DNA of 28,233 bases from a virus. Its lineage: Duplodnaviria; Caudoviricetes. Below the pieces are notes generated by a model that worked only from the letters and a program-made list of their open reading frames with translations, had not been told where the DNA came from and did no database searches. The stretch is taken from positions 1 through 28,233 of the IMG/VR virus record IMGVR_UViG_3300037467_001182. One strand, given 5' to 3'. Both the position numbers and the translations under genes were made by a program. This document shows positions 9,095-17,869 of this stretch, one piece after another (positions within the stretch are counted from its first letter, which is position 1; each line of letters opens with the position of its first letter).

Positions 9095-9403
9095 ATGGTA
9101 AAGACTTTCATGCAGGCTCCGAAGGGAGTCACGAGTGCCAACATCGAAGGCCACACTTATGAAGTTCCCGCGAGCGGGAAGGTCGAGGTCGTCAGCCCGA
9201 ACCATGTCGAGACGCTTCAGCGCCACGGGTTCACGGACACCGACGCCGACGAAGCTCCCGACTTCGATGCGATGGACGACAAGGACGAACTCGTCTCCTA
9301 CATCGAAGAGCGCGGCGGTGAAGCCGACGACTCCATGAGCCTCAAGAAGCTGCGTCGTCTTGCTCGCGAGGCGTTCGACGAAGCTCAGGGCGAGGAAGCT
9401 TAA
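9095..9403 (+). CDS. Small post-capsid protein: N-terminal beta domain + C-terminal helix-extension-helix-like domain
   Basis: 102 aa in the position of lambda FI. The C-terminal KDELVSYIEERGGEADDSMSLKKLRRLA resembles HeH/LEM/Rho-N-like motifs. Confidence 0.7.
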   Translation: MVKTFMQAPKGVTSANIEGHTYEVPASGKVEVVSPNHVETLQRHGFTDTDADEAPDFDAMDDKDELVSYIEERGGEADDSMSLKKLRRLAREAFDEAQGEEA

Positions 9404-9405
9404 TC

Positions 9406-10191
9406 ATGAGTGCCGAGAGACTGACAACGCTTGCTGCGGTCAAGGACTGGTTGGGGATCACCACGAGTGACTCCGATGCGGGACTTCTGCGTGTGATCGA
9501 CGCGGTCTCTCGGTTCACTCTGAACTACATCGGCCGTCCAACCCTCCGCCGCGCCACCTACACGCAGCGAGCAAGGGGCACCAACAAGAGCTCGGTGATG
9601 TTGGCCCAATGGCCTGTCCTCGAAATCACCTCTGTGGGTATCAACGGTACTCCGCTTACGGCTTCGACGTTCAGCAATGGTATGCCGTCTTCCGGCTATG
9701 CGCTGTCAGCTGACCTACCGGGCTGTCGTACCGTCAACTTCTTCGGCTATGCCTTTGGCGCTGTCGAGGTCACTTACGTTGCGGGCTTTGAGGCCAACGA
9801 GACGGTAGTGATCCCAGCGACTCCGTTCGAGGTGACCGTCGGCGACGGCAATCTGTGGTCGAGCAACCTCACCGTCTATATCGATGGTGTTCTTGCGACT
9901 GAGGTCGCTTCAGCTCCCACAGCTGGTCAGTACTCGGTCGACGATGCCGGCAAGTATACGTTTGCCGCTGCCGACGAAGGCAAGACCGCGCTGATCCGCT
10001 ACGGCTACGTTCCATCCGACATCGCCTTCGCCGTGACCGAAATGGTCGGCGAGTGGTATAAGCGAAAGGATCGCATCGGCGTTCTGTCCAAGACCCTCGG
10101 CGGGCAGGAGACTGTCACCTATAACAACCAGGATATGAGTCCGCTTGTCGTCTCATCACTCCAGGACTATAGGAACGTGGTTTCTGTCTGA
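9406..10191 (+). CDS. Head-tail adaptor (gp6/gp15-like) with an inserted beta domain
   Basis: LTTLAAVKDWLGI...SDAGLLRVIDAVS N-terminus, VTYVAGF and VPSDIAFAVTEMVGEWYKR are typical of adaptors. Confidence 0.8.
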   Translation: MSAERLTTLAAVKDWLGITTSDSDAGLLRVIDAVSRFTLNYIGRPTLRRATYTQRARGTNKSSVMLAQWPVLEITSVGINGTPLTASTFSNGMPSSGYALSADLPGCRTVNFFGYAFGAVEVTYVAGFEANETVVIPATPFEVTVGDGNLWSSNLTVYIDGVLATEVASAPTAGQYSVDDAGKYTFAAADEGKTALIRYGYVPSDIAFAVTEMVGEWYKRKDRIGVLSKTLGGQETVTYNNQDMSPLVVSSLQDYRNVVSV

Positions 10192-10703
10192 TGGCCGGCG
10201 ACTTTCTCTCCTTGAAGGTCGTTGGGGAGAAGGCTCTCCTTCGTAACTTCGATCAGCTGCCCGACGTTGCTCGGGCTATTGTGCTGGCGAAGGTAGAAGG
10301 TTACACCGACCAGCTCGAGGCTGCGGTGATCGAAAGCATTGACGAGAAGCTCCAGACCAAGTCGGGTAAGCTGCTCAGTGCTGTTCGTCGCGAGGTGCTT
10401 CAACGTGATGGTCGGATCGAAGGGAAGGTCTGGATCGACGAGAACGTTGCTCCTCATGCTGCTGCGCTTGAGAAGGGTGCTGCTATCCCGCCGCATATGA
10501 TCTATCCGAAAAACGGCAAGGTCATGGCGTTCATGGCGGCAACGGGTGACAAGGTCTTTGCCACTCGCGTCTTCCACCCAGGATCCCAGATCACGCCAAG
10601 ATACTTCATGAAGGATGCTCGTCGATCTGTGGGGCCAATGATCGCACGTGGTCTCAAGAAGGCTGTCGTTGATGGCATCCGCGCGCATATGAGGAAACGA
10701 TGA
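10191..10703 (+). CDS. Neck / tail completion protein (HK97 gp10-like)
   Basis: SGKLLSAV, PHAAALEKG, HMIYPKNGKVMAF and VFHPGSQITPRYFMK motifs, plus gene position. Confidence 0.7.
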   Translation: MAGDFLSLKVVGEKALLRNFDQLPDVARAIVLAKVEGYTDQLEAAVIESIDEKLQTKSGKLLSAVRREVLQRDGRIEGKVWIDENVAPHAAALEKGAAIPPHMIYPKNGKVMAFMAATGDKVFATRVFHPGSQITPRYFMKDARRSVGPMIARGLKKAVVDGIRAHMRKR

Positions 10704-11164
10704 TCGACGAAGAAGCCATCTTTGTTGCGCTTGCCGCACGTATGGACCTGGTCAAGTGGACTCGTGCTGACGCGACGGAGCATGAGTTCAAAGTCAAGTC
10801 ACGTCGAGTGAAGCTGTTCAGTGACGCCTCAGTGCAGCCTGCGTGTTATCAGGCCGAGCATGGGACGACCGAGCAGCAGGTGACCGGCATGCCCTACAAA
10901 ACTGTCCTCGAGGCCTCCTGGATCATCTATCAGAACGTGGCGAGGGATGCGAACGCAGTCCCGGCCACAGAGAACAACCTTATCATCGGTGGCTGTCGTG
11001 CCGCACTGGCACCACTACCGACCGACGTGGGCTTTCCTGACCGACGCAATACGCTCGGCCAATTGGTCCACCACTGCTTCATTCAAGGGCGGATCTTCAA
11101 GGATCCAGGTGACATCGACGGACAGGGGATGCTTGTAATTCCCATTAAACTGTTGGTGCCATAA
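10700..11164 (+). CDS. Tail terminator-like protein
   Basis: 154 aa directly before the tail tube gene, with TLGQLVHHCFIQG and a C-terminal IPIKLLVP beta strand. Called mainly from gene order. Confidence 0.65.
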   Translation: MIDEEAIFVALAARMDLVKWTRADATEHEFKVKSRRVKLFSDASVQPACYQAEHGTTEQQVTGMPYKTVLEASWIIYQNVARDANAVPATENNLIIGGCRAALAPLPTDVGFPDRRNTLGQLVHHCFIQGRIFKDPGDIDGQGMLVIPIKLLVP

Positions 11165-11268
11165 TGCCCACTGCATTTCACGGGCCCGGAGGCGGGGGGA
11201 ACCTCAAATCTGTGAAAGCCGGTAACGGTCGGGTTGTCGAAGTAACCTTTAAGGAAGTGAGGTAAAGA

Positions 11269-12024
11269 ATGACACAGTATGTCTTCGGCACCGGGCAGCT
11301 CTTCTCGACGCCCGTTGGCGGTGGTGCCCCGCTGCGCTTTGGCGCATTGCAAGACGTCTCCGTTGACTTCAGCGGCGACATCAAGCAGCTGTTTGGTCAG
11401 TACCAGTACGCACTGGACGTGGCCCGCGGTAAGGCGAAGATCGAATGGAAGGCCGGCGCTGGTAACATCGACGTGAACTTCTTCAATTCGATTTTCTTCA
11501 ACCAGACTGTGGAGACCGGCGATGAGCTCGTCCAGGTGTTCAATGAGGCGGGTGCCGTTCCGGCGATGTCCACCTACACGATCACCGTTGCTCATGCCGC
11601 CGATTTCTATCTCGATCTGGGCGTCAATCTGGCGTCCACCGGTGCTCCGCTCAAGCAGGTCCCTTCGGGTCCGGCCGCCGGCGAGTACTCGGTTTCGAGC
11701 TCGGGCGTCTACACGTTCAACGTGGCTCAGGCGAACGCGGCCGTTCTCATCACCTATATGTATGAGAAGTCGGCCACCGGCGGATCGCTCGAGATCGGCA
11801 ACCAGCTCATGGGTTCGGCACCGCGCTTCCAGCTCGTGCTGTCGCAGCTCTATGACGGGAAGTCGTTCTCGCTCATCCTCTACAGCAACGTGGCGGAGAA
11901 GCTCTCCATGCCGCTGAAGCAGGATGACTACCTGATCGCAGAGATCAACGGACAGGCGATGGCCGATGCGGCCAACCGAGTCGCCCGTCTCACGACGACT
12001 TCGGTCACAGGTGGCGGCGCCTAA
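11269..12024 (+). CDS. Major tail tube protein with an inserted beta domain
   Basis: Strong RBS (GAGGT), high-expression codon bias, FGALQDVSVDFSGDIKQLFGQYQY motif, followed by a terminator and the chaperone/TMP genes. Confidence 0.85.
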   Translation: MTQYVFGTGQLFSTPVGGGAPLRFGALQDVSVDFSGDIKQLFGQYQYALDVARGKAKIEWKAGAGNIDVNFFNSIFFNQTVETGDELVQVFNEAGAVPAMSTYTITVAHAADFYLDLGVNLASTGAPLKQVPSGPAAGEYSVSSSGVYTFNVAQANAAVLITYMYEKSATGGSLEIGNQLMGSAPRFQLVLSQLYDGKSFSLILYSNVAEKLSMPLKQDDYLIAEINGQAMADAANRVARLTTTSVTGGGA

Positions 12025-12051
12025 CTTCGGTTAGGAGGGGGCTAATCACCT

Positions 12052-12095
12052 GGCGGGCGGGATCCTTTGGTCTTCGGGGTCCCGCCCGTTTTCTT
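12052..12095 (+). terminator. Rho-independent terminator after the tail tube gene
   Basis: Stem GGCGGGCGGGATCC / GGGTCCCGCCCGTT followed by TTCTT. Confidence 0.75.
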
Positions 12096-12121
12096 AACAG
12101 CCTTGATGGAGGGACAACCAG

Positions 12122-12565
12122 ATGGCTACTTTGACTGTGGGGGGCAAGACTTACCAAGTCCCCGAAATGAACTTCTTCGCTGTTGAACGGGCATGGCCCT
12201 TCGTCCAAGAGGCGACAGCAGCTTTCGATCCGATCAAAGGCAGCGCTGCTGCCATTGCGGTTATTGCTGCAGCGATGTTTGAGGCCGAGGACTTCGACCG
12301 TGCTGAGTGGGGCATCGATGCCGACGCAGTAGACGGTGAAGCCTTCCACCTCCTCGTGAAGGCAATCAAGCGTAAGATGAAGGCCAACGAGATTGGCGCG
12401 GCTAAGGACACGATGTTCGAGATCCTGAAAGAGGGAGGCATGGATATCTCTGAGGGGGAAATCCTGCAGTCTCTGGGCCTGATCGTAGCGGGTCAGGGGG
12501 AGGAGGGCGACCTTTCACCGGAGACTGCAGCCGATACGTCGCCGAGCTCGTCGCCGCAGGAGTAG
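12122..12565 (+). CDS. Tail assembly chaperone (lambda gpG-like)
   Basis: Lies between the tail tube and tape measure genes, has a GGAGG RBS and contains an in-frame G GGG GAA slippery site. Confidence 0.8.
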   Translation: MATLTVGGKTYQVPEMNFFAVERAWPFVQEATAAFDPIKGSAAAIAVIAAAMFEAEDFDRAEWGIDADAVDGEAFHLLVKAIKRKMKANEIGAAKDTMFEILKEGGMDISEGEILQSLGLIVAGQGEEGDLSPETAADTSPSSSPQE

Positions 12566-12768
12566 AGGGAGGTAGTTGGGATCGCATCTACAAGAAGTGG
12601 GGGTTTCGTCGCTATAACGTCATGCTCGAATGGTGGAGCGAAAACGGACCTCCCGTCTACATCGCGGTCGCTGCCTACCTCGGTATAATTAAGGACCCGG
12701 CTGAAAAGAAGGTCGGAGACTTGAATGAACTTGCCAAGCTGGCAGGACCGGGCGGGATGATACAGTAA
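12454..12768 (+). CDS. -1 frameshift extension of the tail chaperone (gpGT-like)
   Basis: Not in the ORF track. The -1 frame opens right after a TGA at 12451-12453, at the heptamer GGGGGAA (12454-12460). It reads ...WWSENGPPVYIAVAAYLG...GGMIQ* to a TAA that overlaps the TMP ATG. Confidence 0.8.
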   Translation, partial: GGNPAVSGPDRSGSGGGGRPFTGDCSRYVAELVAAGVEGGSWDRIYKKWGFRRYNVMLEWWSENGPPVYIAVAAYLGIIKDPAEKKVGDLNELAKLAGPGGMIQ

Positions 12769-15700
12769 TGGCTGACGAGAACGATCTCAATATCAACATC
12801 AACGCTGACCCGTCTGGAGTCGAGTCCGGCTCCAAGCGGGCTGGTGCAGCTATTAAAGGTATCGCTGGAAACACGAAGGAACTCGAGGCTGCCCTCAATA
12901 AGTTCCGTGCGTCCATCGATCCCACTTTTGCAGCAATGCAGAAGTATAACAAGGCGCACCAGGACAACCTAGCGCTGCTCCGTGCTGACATCATCACCCG
13001 CAAGGAATACAACGCGGGCATGAAGGCGGCCAAGGCCGCGATGGACGCAGAGATCGAGGCGATCAATCGTCGTAGTGCGGCGGGCCGTGCTGCGGCGGCT
13101 GAGGAGCGTGCTCGTCGTCAAGCTGATCGAGCTGCAGAACGGGCAGCTGCACAGGCGGATGCCGCGGCAGCTCGTCAAGCCGCACAGGCTAAGCGAGAAG
13201 CAGAACGTGCAGCGCGCGAAGAGGCAAAGGCCGCTGCGAAAGCCGAGGCCCAGGCGATCCGTGATGCCGCCGCCGCTGCGCGTCTAGCTGCACGGGAGAA
13301 GCAGCAGGAAGAACGAGCAGCCGCAGCAGCTGCACGTCAAGCCGCGAGTGAGCAGCGTCGTCAAGAGAAGCAGGAGATCCGTGAGGCTGCCCGCGTAGCT
13401 CGAGAAGCTGCCCGTGAAAAGGCCCGTGCGGAAAAGGATGCGGCTCGCGAAGCAGCGGCTGCTGTGCGACAGGCAAAGCGTGAGGAACGCGAAGCCACGA
13501 TGACTGCCGCCCGTGAGGCGAAGCAGCAGGCGCGAGAAAAGGCACAGGCTGAGCGTCAAGCATCCCGCGATGCCGCTGCCGCCGAACGTCAAGCGAAGCG
13601 TGAAGCTGCACAGGCGGCACGTGAAGCAGCCGCAGCAGCAAAAGCCGCAGCGAAGGAAAAGGCGACCGCAGAACGTGAAGCAGCGAAGGCTGCTCGTGAG
13701 GCGGCTGCCGAAGTCGAGCGTATGGCAAAGGCCGAAAAGATGGCCGCTGCCGCAGCGAACGACCTACGAGCCTCAATCGATCCGACCTTCGCCGCACAGG
13801 AGCGCTACAATCAGGCGATGCGGACTGCCACCCAGCTTCTCATGCAGGGCAAGCTAAGGGCTGGTGAGTTCACTCAGATCATGCGTCAGCAGAAGGCGCA
13901 GATGGACGTCAACGTTCGCTCGATGGGCCGGATGAACGCCATGAACGTTCAGATCGGTTATCAGATGCAGGACGTTGTAGCGTCTTGGGCATCGGGTATC
14001 AGCCCGCTGGTCATTCTTGCACAGCAGGGTGGTCAGACCGCCGCTGCATTGTCGACCATGGGCGGCCGCGCTGGTGCAGTCGCTGCGTTCTTCGCTGGTC
14101 CTTGGGGCGCTGCGATCCTCGGCGCGACGATGGTCCTTGGCTACCTGTGGACCTCGATGGATGAGGGGAAGAAGAAGACCAAGGATCTGATGGATGCGGA
14201 AGATCGCCGCATCATGACGCTCAAGGAGCTCACTGAGGCTCTGCGCGATTACATCAAGGAGCAGCAGCGGTCGAACGATACGACTGCACAGGGATTGATC
14301 GCTAACCGTAACCTGAACTACTCAGATCTGACCCGTAAGACCGGTGACCTGGCGACTGCTGAGAAGGAGCTTGCTGACGCCCGTGCTCGTCTTGCGGCCA
14401 TTGGGCCTATGCCCACAGGTAAGGGTGCTATGGAGGCTTGGGCAGGGCAGGTCGCGATGGCGACTGCTCAGGTCAAGACGGCTGAGACAAAAGTTAATGA
14501 CCTCAAGGGCGCGATCAACAAGCTGAGCCGCGCGGTTCAGGAGGATGAGATTGCACTTGCGTCTCACCGTGCCGAGCAGACTCAGGCTGACAAGGACTAC
14601 GAGACCGCTAAGCAACGCCTCATGGTTGCTTATCGCAACGAGACCAAAGGCGTTACTGACGCGAACATTCTTAACCAAAAGCGTCTGAAGCTTGAGGCTG
14701 ATCTTCGCGCTGCGGCCGATGCACTTGCTGCGGCTAAGGAGCGCGAGTCCGCTGCTCGTCGTGAGAATGCTGCCGCTGCCCGTGCCGAGGAGCGAGCAAC
14801 GTTCAGTAGCCGTACTGATGCAATCGGTGTTGCAGGACGCGAGCTCAAGGGCCAAGGTTTCTCGGTCACTGAGAACAACCAATTCGGAGGCGTGACGGGC
14901 GGACACGCTAACAACGGTGAGCATGCCAAGTATGCTATCGACGTTGGGATCCCGGGGTTCGGACCGAACAACCCCGAGGCTTCGAGCGAAGTTGCCCGCA
15001 AAAAGATGGACGAGATTGCTCGGGCGTATCAGGCTCGAGGCTTCCGCGTCATCTGGAACGGCAAGACCTACATGCCCGGTGCCAACGCTCCTGTGGTTGA
15101 CTTCGTTCCTGCGAAGGGTGCGAAGGGCGACGCTTGGCATCGTAGCCACATGGACATCAAGGCTCCGGAGTCTATCGTCGGTCAGCCTCAGGGCGGTCGT
15201 CTAGGAAACGAGCTCGCTCGCGAAATGGCCGAGGCTGAGAAGCAGGCCGCCGCTGAAGCGATGCAGGCCAAGCTTGCTAACTTTGAGTTTGAGCAGGAAC
15301 TTAATCGTGAGAACCTGCAAGAGGTGCTGCGGATCCAGGAAGAGAAGATCACCGCAATCAAGGCGTTCTACGGTGAGGACTCGAAGGAGGCAATCGACGC
15401 CGGTCGTGAGAAGGTCCGCATCGAACGGAGCATTGCTCGTGAGGCATTGCAGATCCGTCGTGAGCAGATCGATCAGACGCTGGCGCTGATGATGCAGAGC
15501 TACGAGACTGAGAAGAGTCTTGCTGAGCTCAACATGGAAGAGCGTCGAGCAGTCATCGGCTTTGCCGAGCAGCAGGGCATTATCTCAGCGCGTGACGCGA
15601 TCATCGCTAAGGCCGCTTTGCTCGATCAGGAGTTCCAGGATCAGATCGCTCATGAGAACCGCATGTATCAGGCGAAGGTCGCTTCGATGCAGGCGACTCT

Positions 15701-16754
15701 TACGCTCGAGAACCTGCCGCTCGACCAGAAGCGTCGTATTCAAGACGAACTGGAACGTGCAGAGGCTGACCATCTTGGCCGTATGCGCCTACTCAATGCT
15801 CAGTATAACCGCGATGTCAACAACATGCAGCGCGATGCTCAAGCTGTGCAGATGGGTAAGTGGCGTGAGTTCGCCTCCAGCTTCTCAGGATCCTTGGGCC
15901 AGGCGATGCAGGGTTTGTGGATGCGTAACATCACGCTCCAGCAAGCTTTCATCAATATGGCTGACCAGCAGATCTTCCGCCTGATCGATATGGGCGCGAA
16001 GGCTGTTGAGAACTGGATCATGCAGCAGCTGAAGATGACCGGTGTTCAGCAGGCACAAGAGGCTGCACGAACGGCAGCAGCTGTGGGGGGTGAAGGTGCC
16101 CGCACCGCCGCTGCTGCAACGGGTGAGGCAACCCGAACGGGTATCGGTACCACAGGTGTCGTAGCTCATGCCGGTATGCAGACTGCGAAGACGGGTGCTA
16201 CGATTGCCAGCGAAGCGATCCAGACTGGTGCAAAGGCAACTGGCGAGGCTACTCGTACCAGTGTCGGTGCAGCGGGTGCCATGGCGGAGATCGGGACGCG
16301 CGCAGCAACGTCAGCAGCCGGCGCGTTCTCATCGACTGTCGTCATCCCGTTCATCGGTCCTGTCGCTGCGCCTGTCGCTGCCGCAGCTGCCTTGGCGGCA
16401 GTGCTTGGGTTCGGTGCGTTGGTATCATCGAGCGGCGGTCAGGGCGAGGTTCCTCGTGACGGCCAGCTCTCGATGCTGCACAAGAAGGAGACCGTGCTTC
16501 CGGCATGGATCGCCGAACCGATGCGTCAAATGTTTGTCTCTCCGCGTAGCAGCGGTGGGATGATGGCCGGTGCTGCCGCTGCGGGTGCTGCTGCCCGAAG
16601 CGATGTCAGCAACTCGTCGTCGAATAACTTCTACTATCAGCCCAAGCATCATAACATGGGCGCAAGCTTTGACACCCTCCTCAAGAGGGACGGTCGGAGC
16701 CTGCGTCGCTGGCTGAAGAACGAAATCCGGAATGGAGGGTTGAGCTTGTCATGA
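12768..16754 (+). CDS. Tape measure protein (1328 aa) with an embedded peptidase-like domain
   Basis: Longest + strand ORF, Ala-rich and helical, with the lambda-like TMP motif QMQDVVASWASGISPLVILAQQGGQ, hydrophobic segments and C-terminal MLHKKETVLPA. Confidence 0.93.
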   Translation: MADENDLNININADPSGVESGSKRAGAAIKGIAGNTKELEAALNKFRASIDPTFAAMQKYNKAHQDNLALLRADIITRKEYNAGMKAAKAAMDAEIEAINRRSAAGRAAAAEERARRQADRAAERAAAQADAAAARQAAQAKREAERAAREEAKAAAKAEAQAIRDAAAAARLAAREKQQEERAAAAAARQAASEQRRQEKQEIREAARVAREAAREKARAEKDAAREAAAAVRQAKREEREATMTAAREAKQQAREKAQAERQASRDAAAAERQAKREAAQAAREAAAAAKAAAKEKATAEREAAKAAREAAAEVERMAKAEKMAAAAANDLRASIDPTFAAQERYNQAMRTATQLLMQGKLRAGEFTQIMRQQKAQMDVNVRSMGRMNAMNVQIGYQMQDVVASWASGISPLVILAQQGGQTAAALSTMGGRAGAVAAFFAGPWGAAILGATMVLGYLWTSMDEGKKKTKDLMDAEDRRIMTLKELTEALRDYIKEQQRSNDTTAQGLIANRNLNYSDLTRKTGDLATAEKELADARARLAAIGPMPTGKGAMEAWAGQVAMATAQVKTAETKVNDLKGAINKLSRAVQEDEIALASHRAEQTQADKDYETAKQRLMVAYRNETKGVTDANILNQKRLKLEADLRAAADALAAAKERESAARRENAAAARAEERATFSSRTDAIGVAGRELKGQGFSVTENNQFGGVTGGHANNGEHAKYAIDVGIPGFGPNNPEASSEVARKKMDEIARAYQARGFRVIWNGKTYMPGANAPVVDFVPAKGAKGDAWHRSHMDIKAPESIVGQPQGGRLGNELAREMAEAEKQAAAEAMQAKLANFEFEQELNRENLQEVLRIQEEKITAIKAFYGEDSKEAIDAGREKVRIERSIAREALQIRREQIDQTLALMMQSYETEKSLAELNMEERRAVIGFAEQQGIISARDAIIAKAALLDQEFQDQIAHENRMYQAKVASMQATLTLENLPLDQKRRIQDELERAEADHLGRMRLLNAQYNRDVNNMQRDAQAVQMGKWREFASSFSGSLGQAMQGLWMRNITLQQAFINMADQQIFRLIDMGAKAVENWIMQQLKMTGVQQAQEAARTAAAVGGEGARTAAAATGEATRTGIGTTGVVAHAGMQTAKTGATIASEAIQTGAKATGEATRTSVGAAGAMAEIGTRAATSAAGAFSSTVVIPFIGPVAAPVAAAAALAAVLGFGALVSSSGGQGEVPRDGQLSMLHKKETVLPAWIAEPMRQMFVSPRSSGGMMAGAAAAGAAARSDVSNSSSNNFYYQPKHHNMGASFDTLLKRDGRSLRRWLKNEIRNGGLSLS

Positions 16755-17869
16755 CACTGCGGATGATCGAGGGGTTTGACTATATCCCCACCGGAACAGG
16801 ATCAACCTATAGCCTCATGATGGCGGGTCAGTGGTATCCGCGTGGTTCGGTGTTTGGCTCCCTCACGCAGAACATTCTGGGCGCATCCTCGACAGCGTTT
16901 GGCTATGGCTGTTGCTACGAGGATAATCGCACCTACGCACAGACGTTCAACGCACAACGTTGGGTCTACCCCGTTGGAACTCAGACCGAAGGCTACATGG
17001 GCGCTCGTGTTATGGTCGGGTCCGATCATAACGGCTATGGCTATCTATTCGTTATGGATGGCATTAGCGAGCTCGGTCAGATCTACGTCACGTGGGAAGA
17101 CTACGGTAAGATTAAGGTGTATCGTGATGAGCCTCCCACGAGTGGTGGCGGTATTCTCCTGGGATCAACCGATATTGGGGCGTATTACTACGACAAGTGG
17201 TTCTATCTTGAGGTCTACGTCAAGATGGGTAACACGGATGGTCGGGTGACAGTCAAAATCAACACGGTGACTGTGCTTGATCTGGTGAACGTGGATACGG
17301 TCTACTCGAGCAATGCGTCTTTCTCAGCTGTGGGATTTGGGAACGCCAACTCAGTGGGCAACACCGGCGCTTGGAAGAACAACTACCGTCTCGATGACCT
17401 CTATTTCTGTGACCCTGCGGGAACGATTAACAACGGCTTCCTCGGGAACGTCCGTGCGATGGCGCTCCTGCCGGTCTCGAACGGCTCGGTCAACAACTTT
17501 GCGATTGGCGGTTCGGCACCTGCGGCTACCAACTGGCAGTCCGTACTCACGACTGCTCTCAATGATACGAAGTATGTCTATTCCAACAACGTTGGGGATA
17601 AGGACCTCTACAACGTGCAGGCAATCGTCAATGCGCCGCTTGTCCACGGCGTCCAGGTTAAGATCGCTGCACGAATGGACGATGCTACACAGCGAGGTCT
17701 AGCCGCCATGATTAAGTCGGGCGGTGTTGAGGTAGAGGGTATCACTCACTATATTAACCAGAGCTACTCGTTCTATCGAACGATCCATGAGCTTGATCCC
17801 GCAACCGGGGTTGGCTGGACGGGCGCAGCTGTCAATCTGATCCAGATTGGGCCGAAGGTTGTCAGCTAA
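16751..17869 (+). CDS. Virion beta-sandwich (ConA/LamG-like) protein, paralog 1
   Basis: IEGFD N-terminus, WFYLEV, LDDLYFCD and C-terminal W..AAVNLIQIGPKV. Clear paralog of 23299..24321. Confidence 0.65.
   Translation: MTLRMIEGFDYIPTGTGSTYSLMMAGQWYPRGSVFGSLTQNILGASSTAFGYGCCYEDNRTYAQTFNAQRWVYPVGTQTEGYMGARVMVGSDHNGYGYLFVMDGISELGQIYVTWEDYGKIKVYRDEPPTSGGGILLGSTDIGAYYYDKWFYLEVYVKMGNTDGRVTVKINTVTVLDLVNVDTVYSSNASFSAVGFGNANSVGNTGAWKNNYRLDDLYFCDPAGTINNGFLGNVRAMALLPVSNGSVNNFAIGGSAPAATNWQSVLTTALNDTKYVYSNNVGDKDLYNVQAIVNAPLVHGVQVKIAARMDDATQRGLAAMIKSGGVEVEGITHYINQSYSFYRTIHELDPATGVGWTGAAVNLIQIGPKVVS

Noticed and set aside
5461-9156. 1231-aa antisense ORF
   Set aside because: It is a shadow of two same-frame, strongly codon-biased genes (scaffold and capsid). 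The translation has the V/L/D/R/G-rich composition typical of antisense frames and no recognisable motifs.
13075-13760. CRISPR-like or DNA-level repeat array
   Set aside because: The repetition is degenerate and at protein level within the TMP, with no identical repeats separated by unique spacers.
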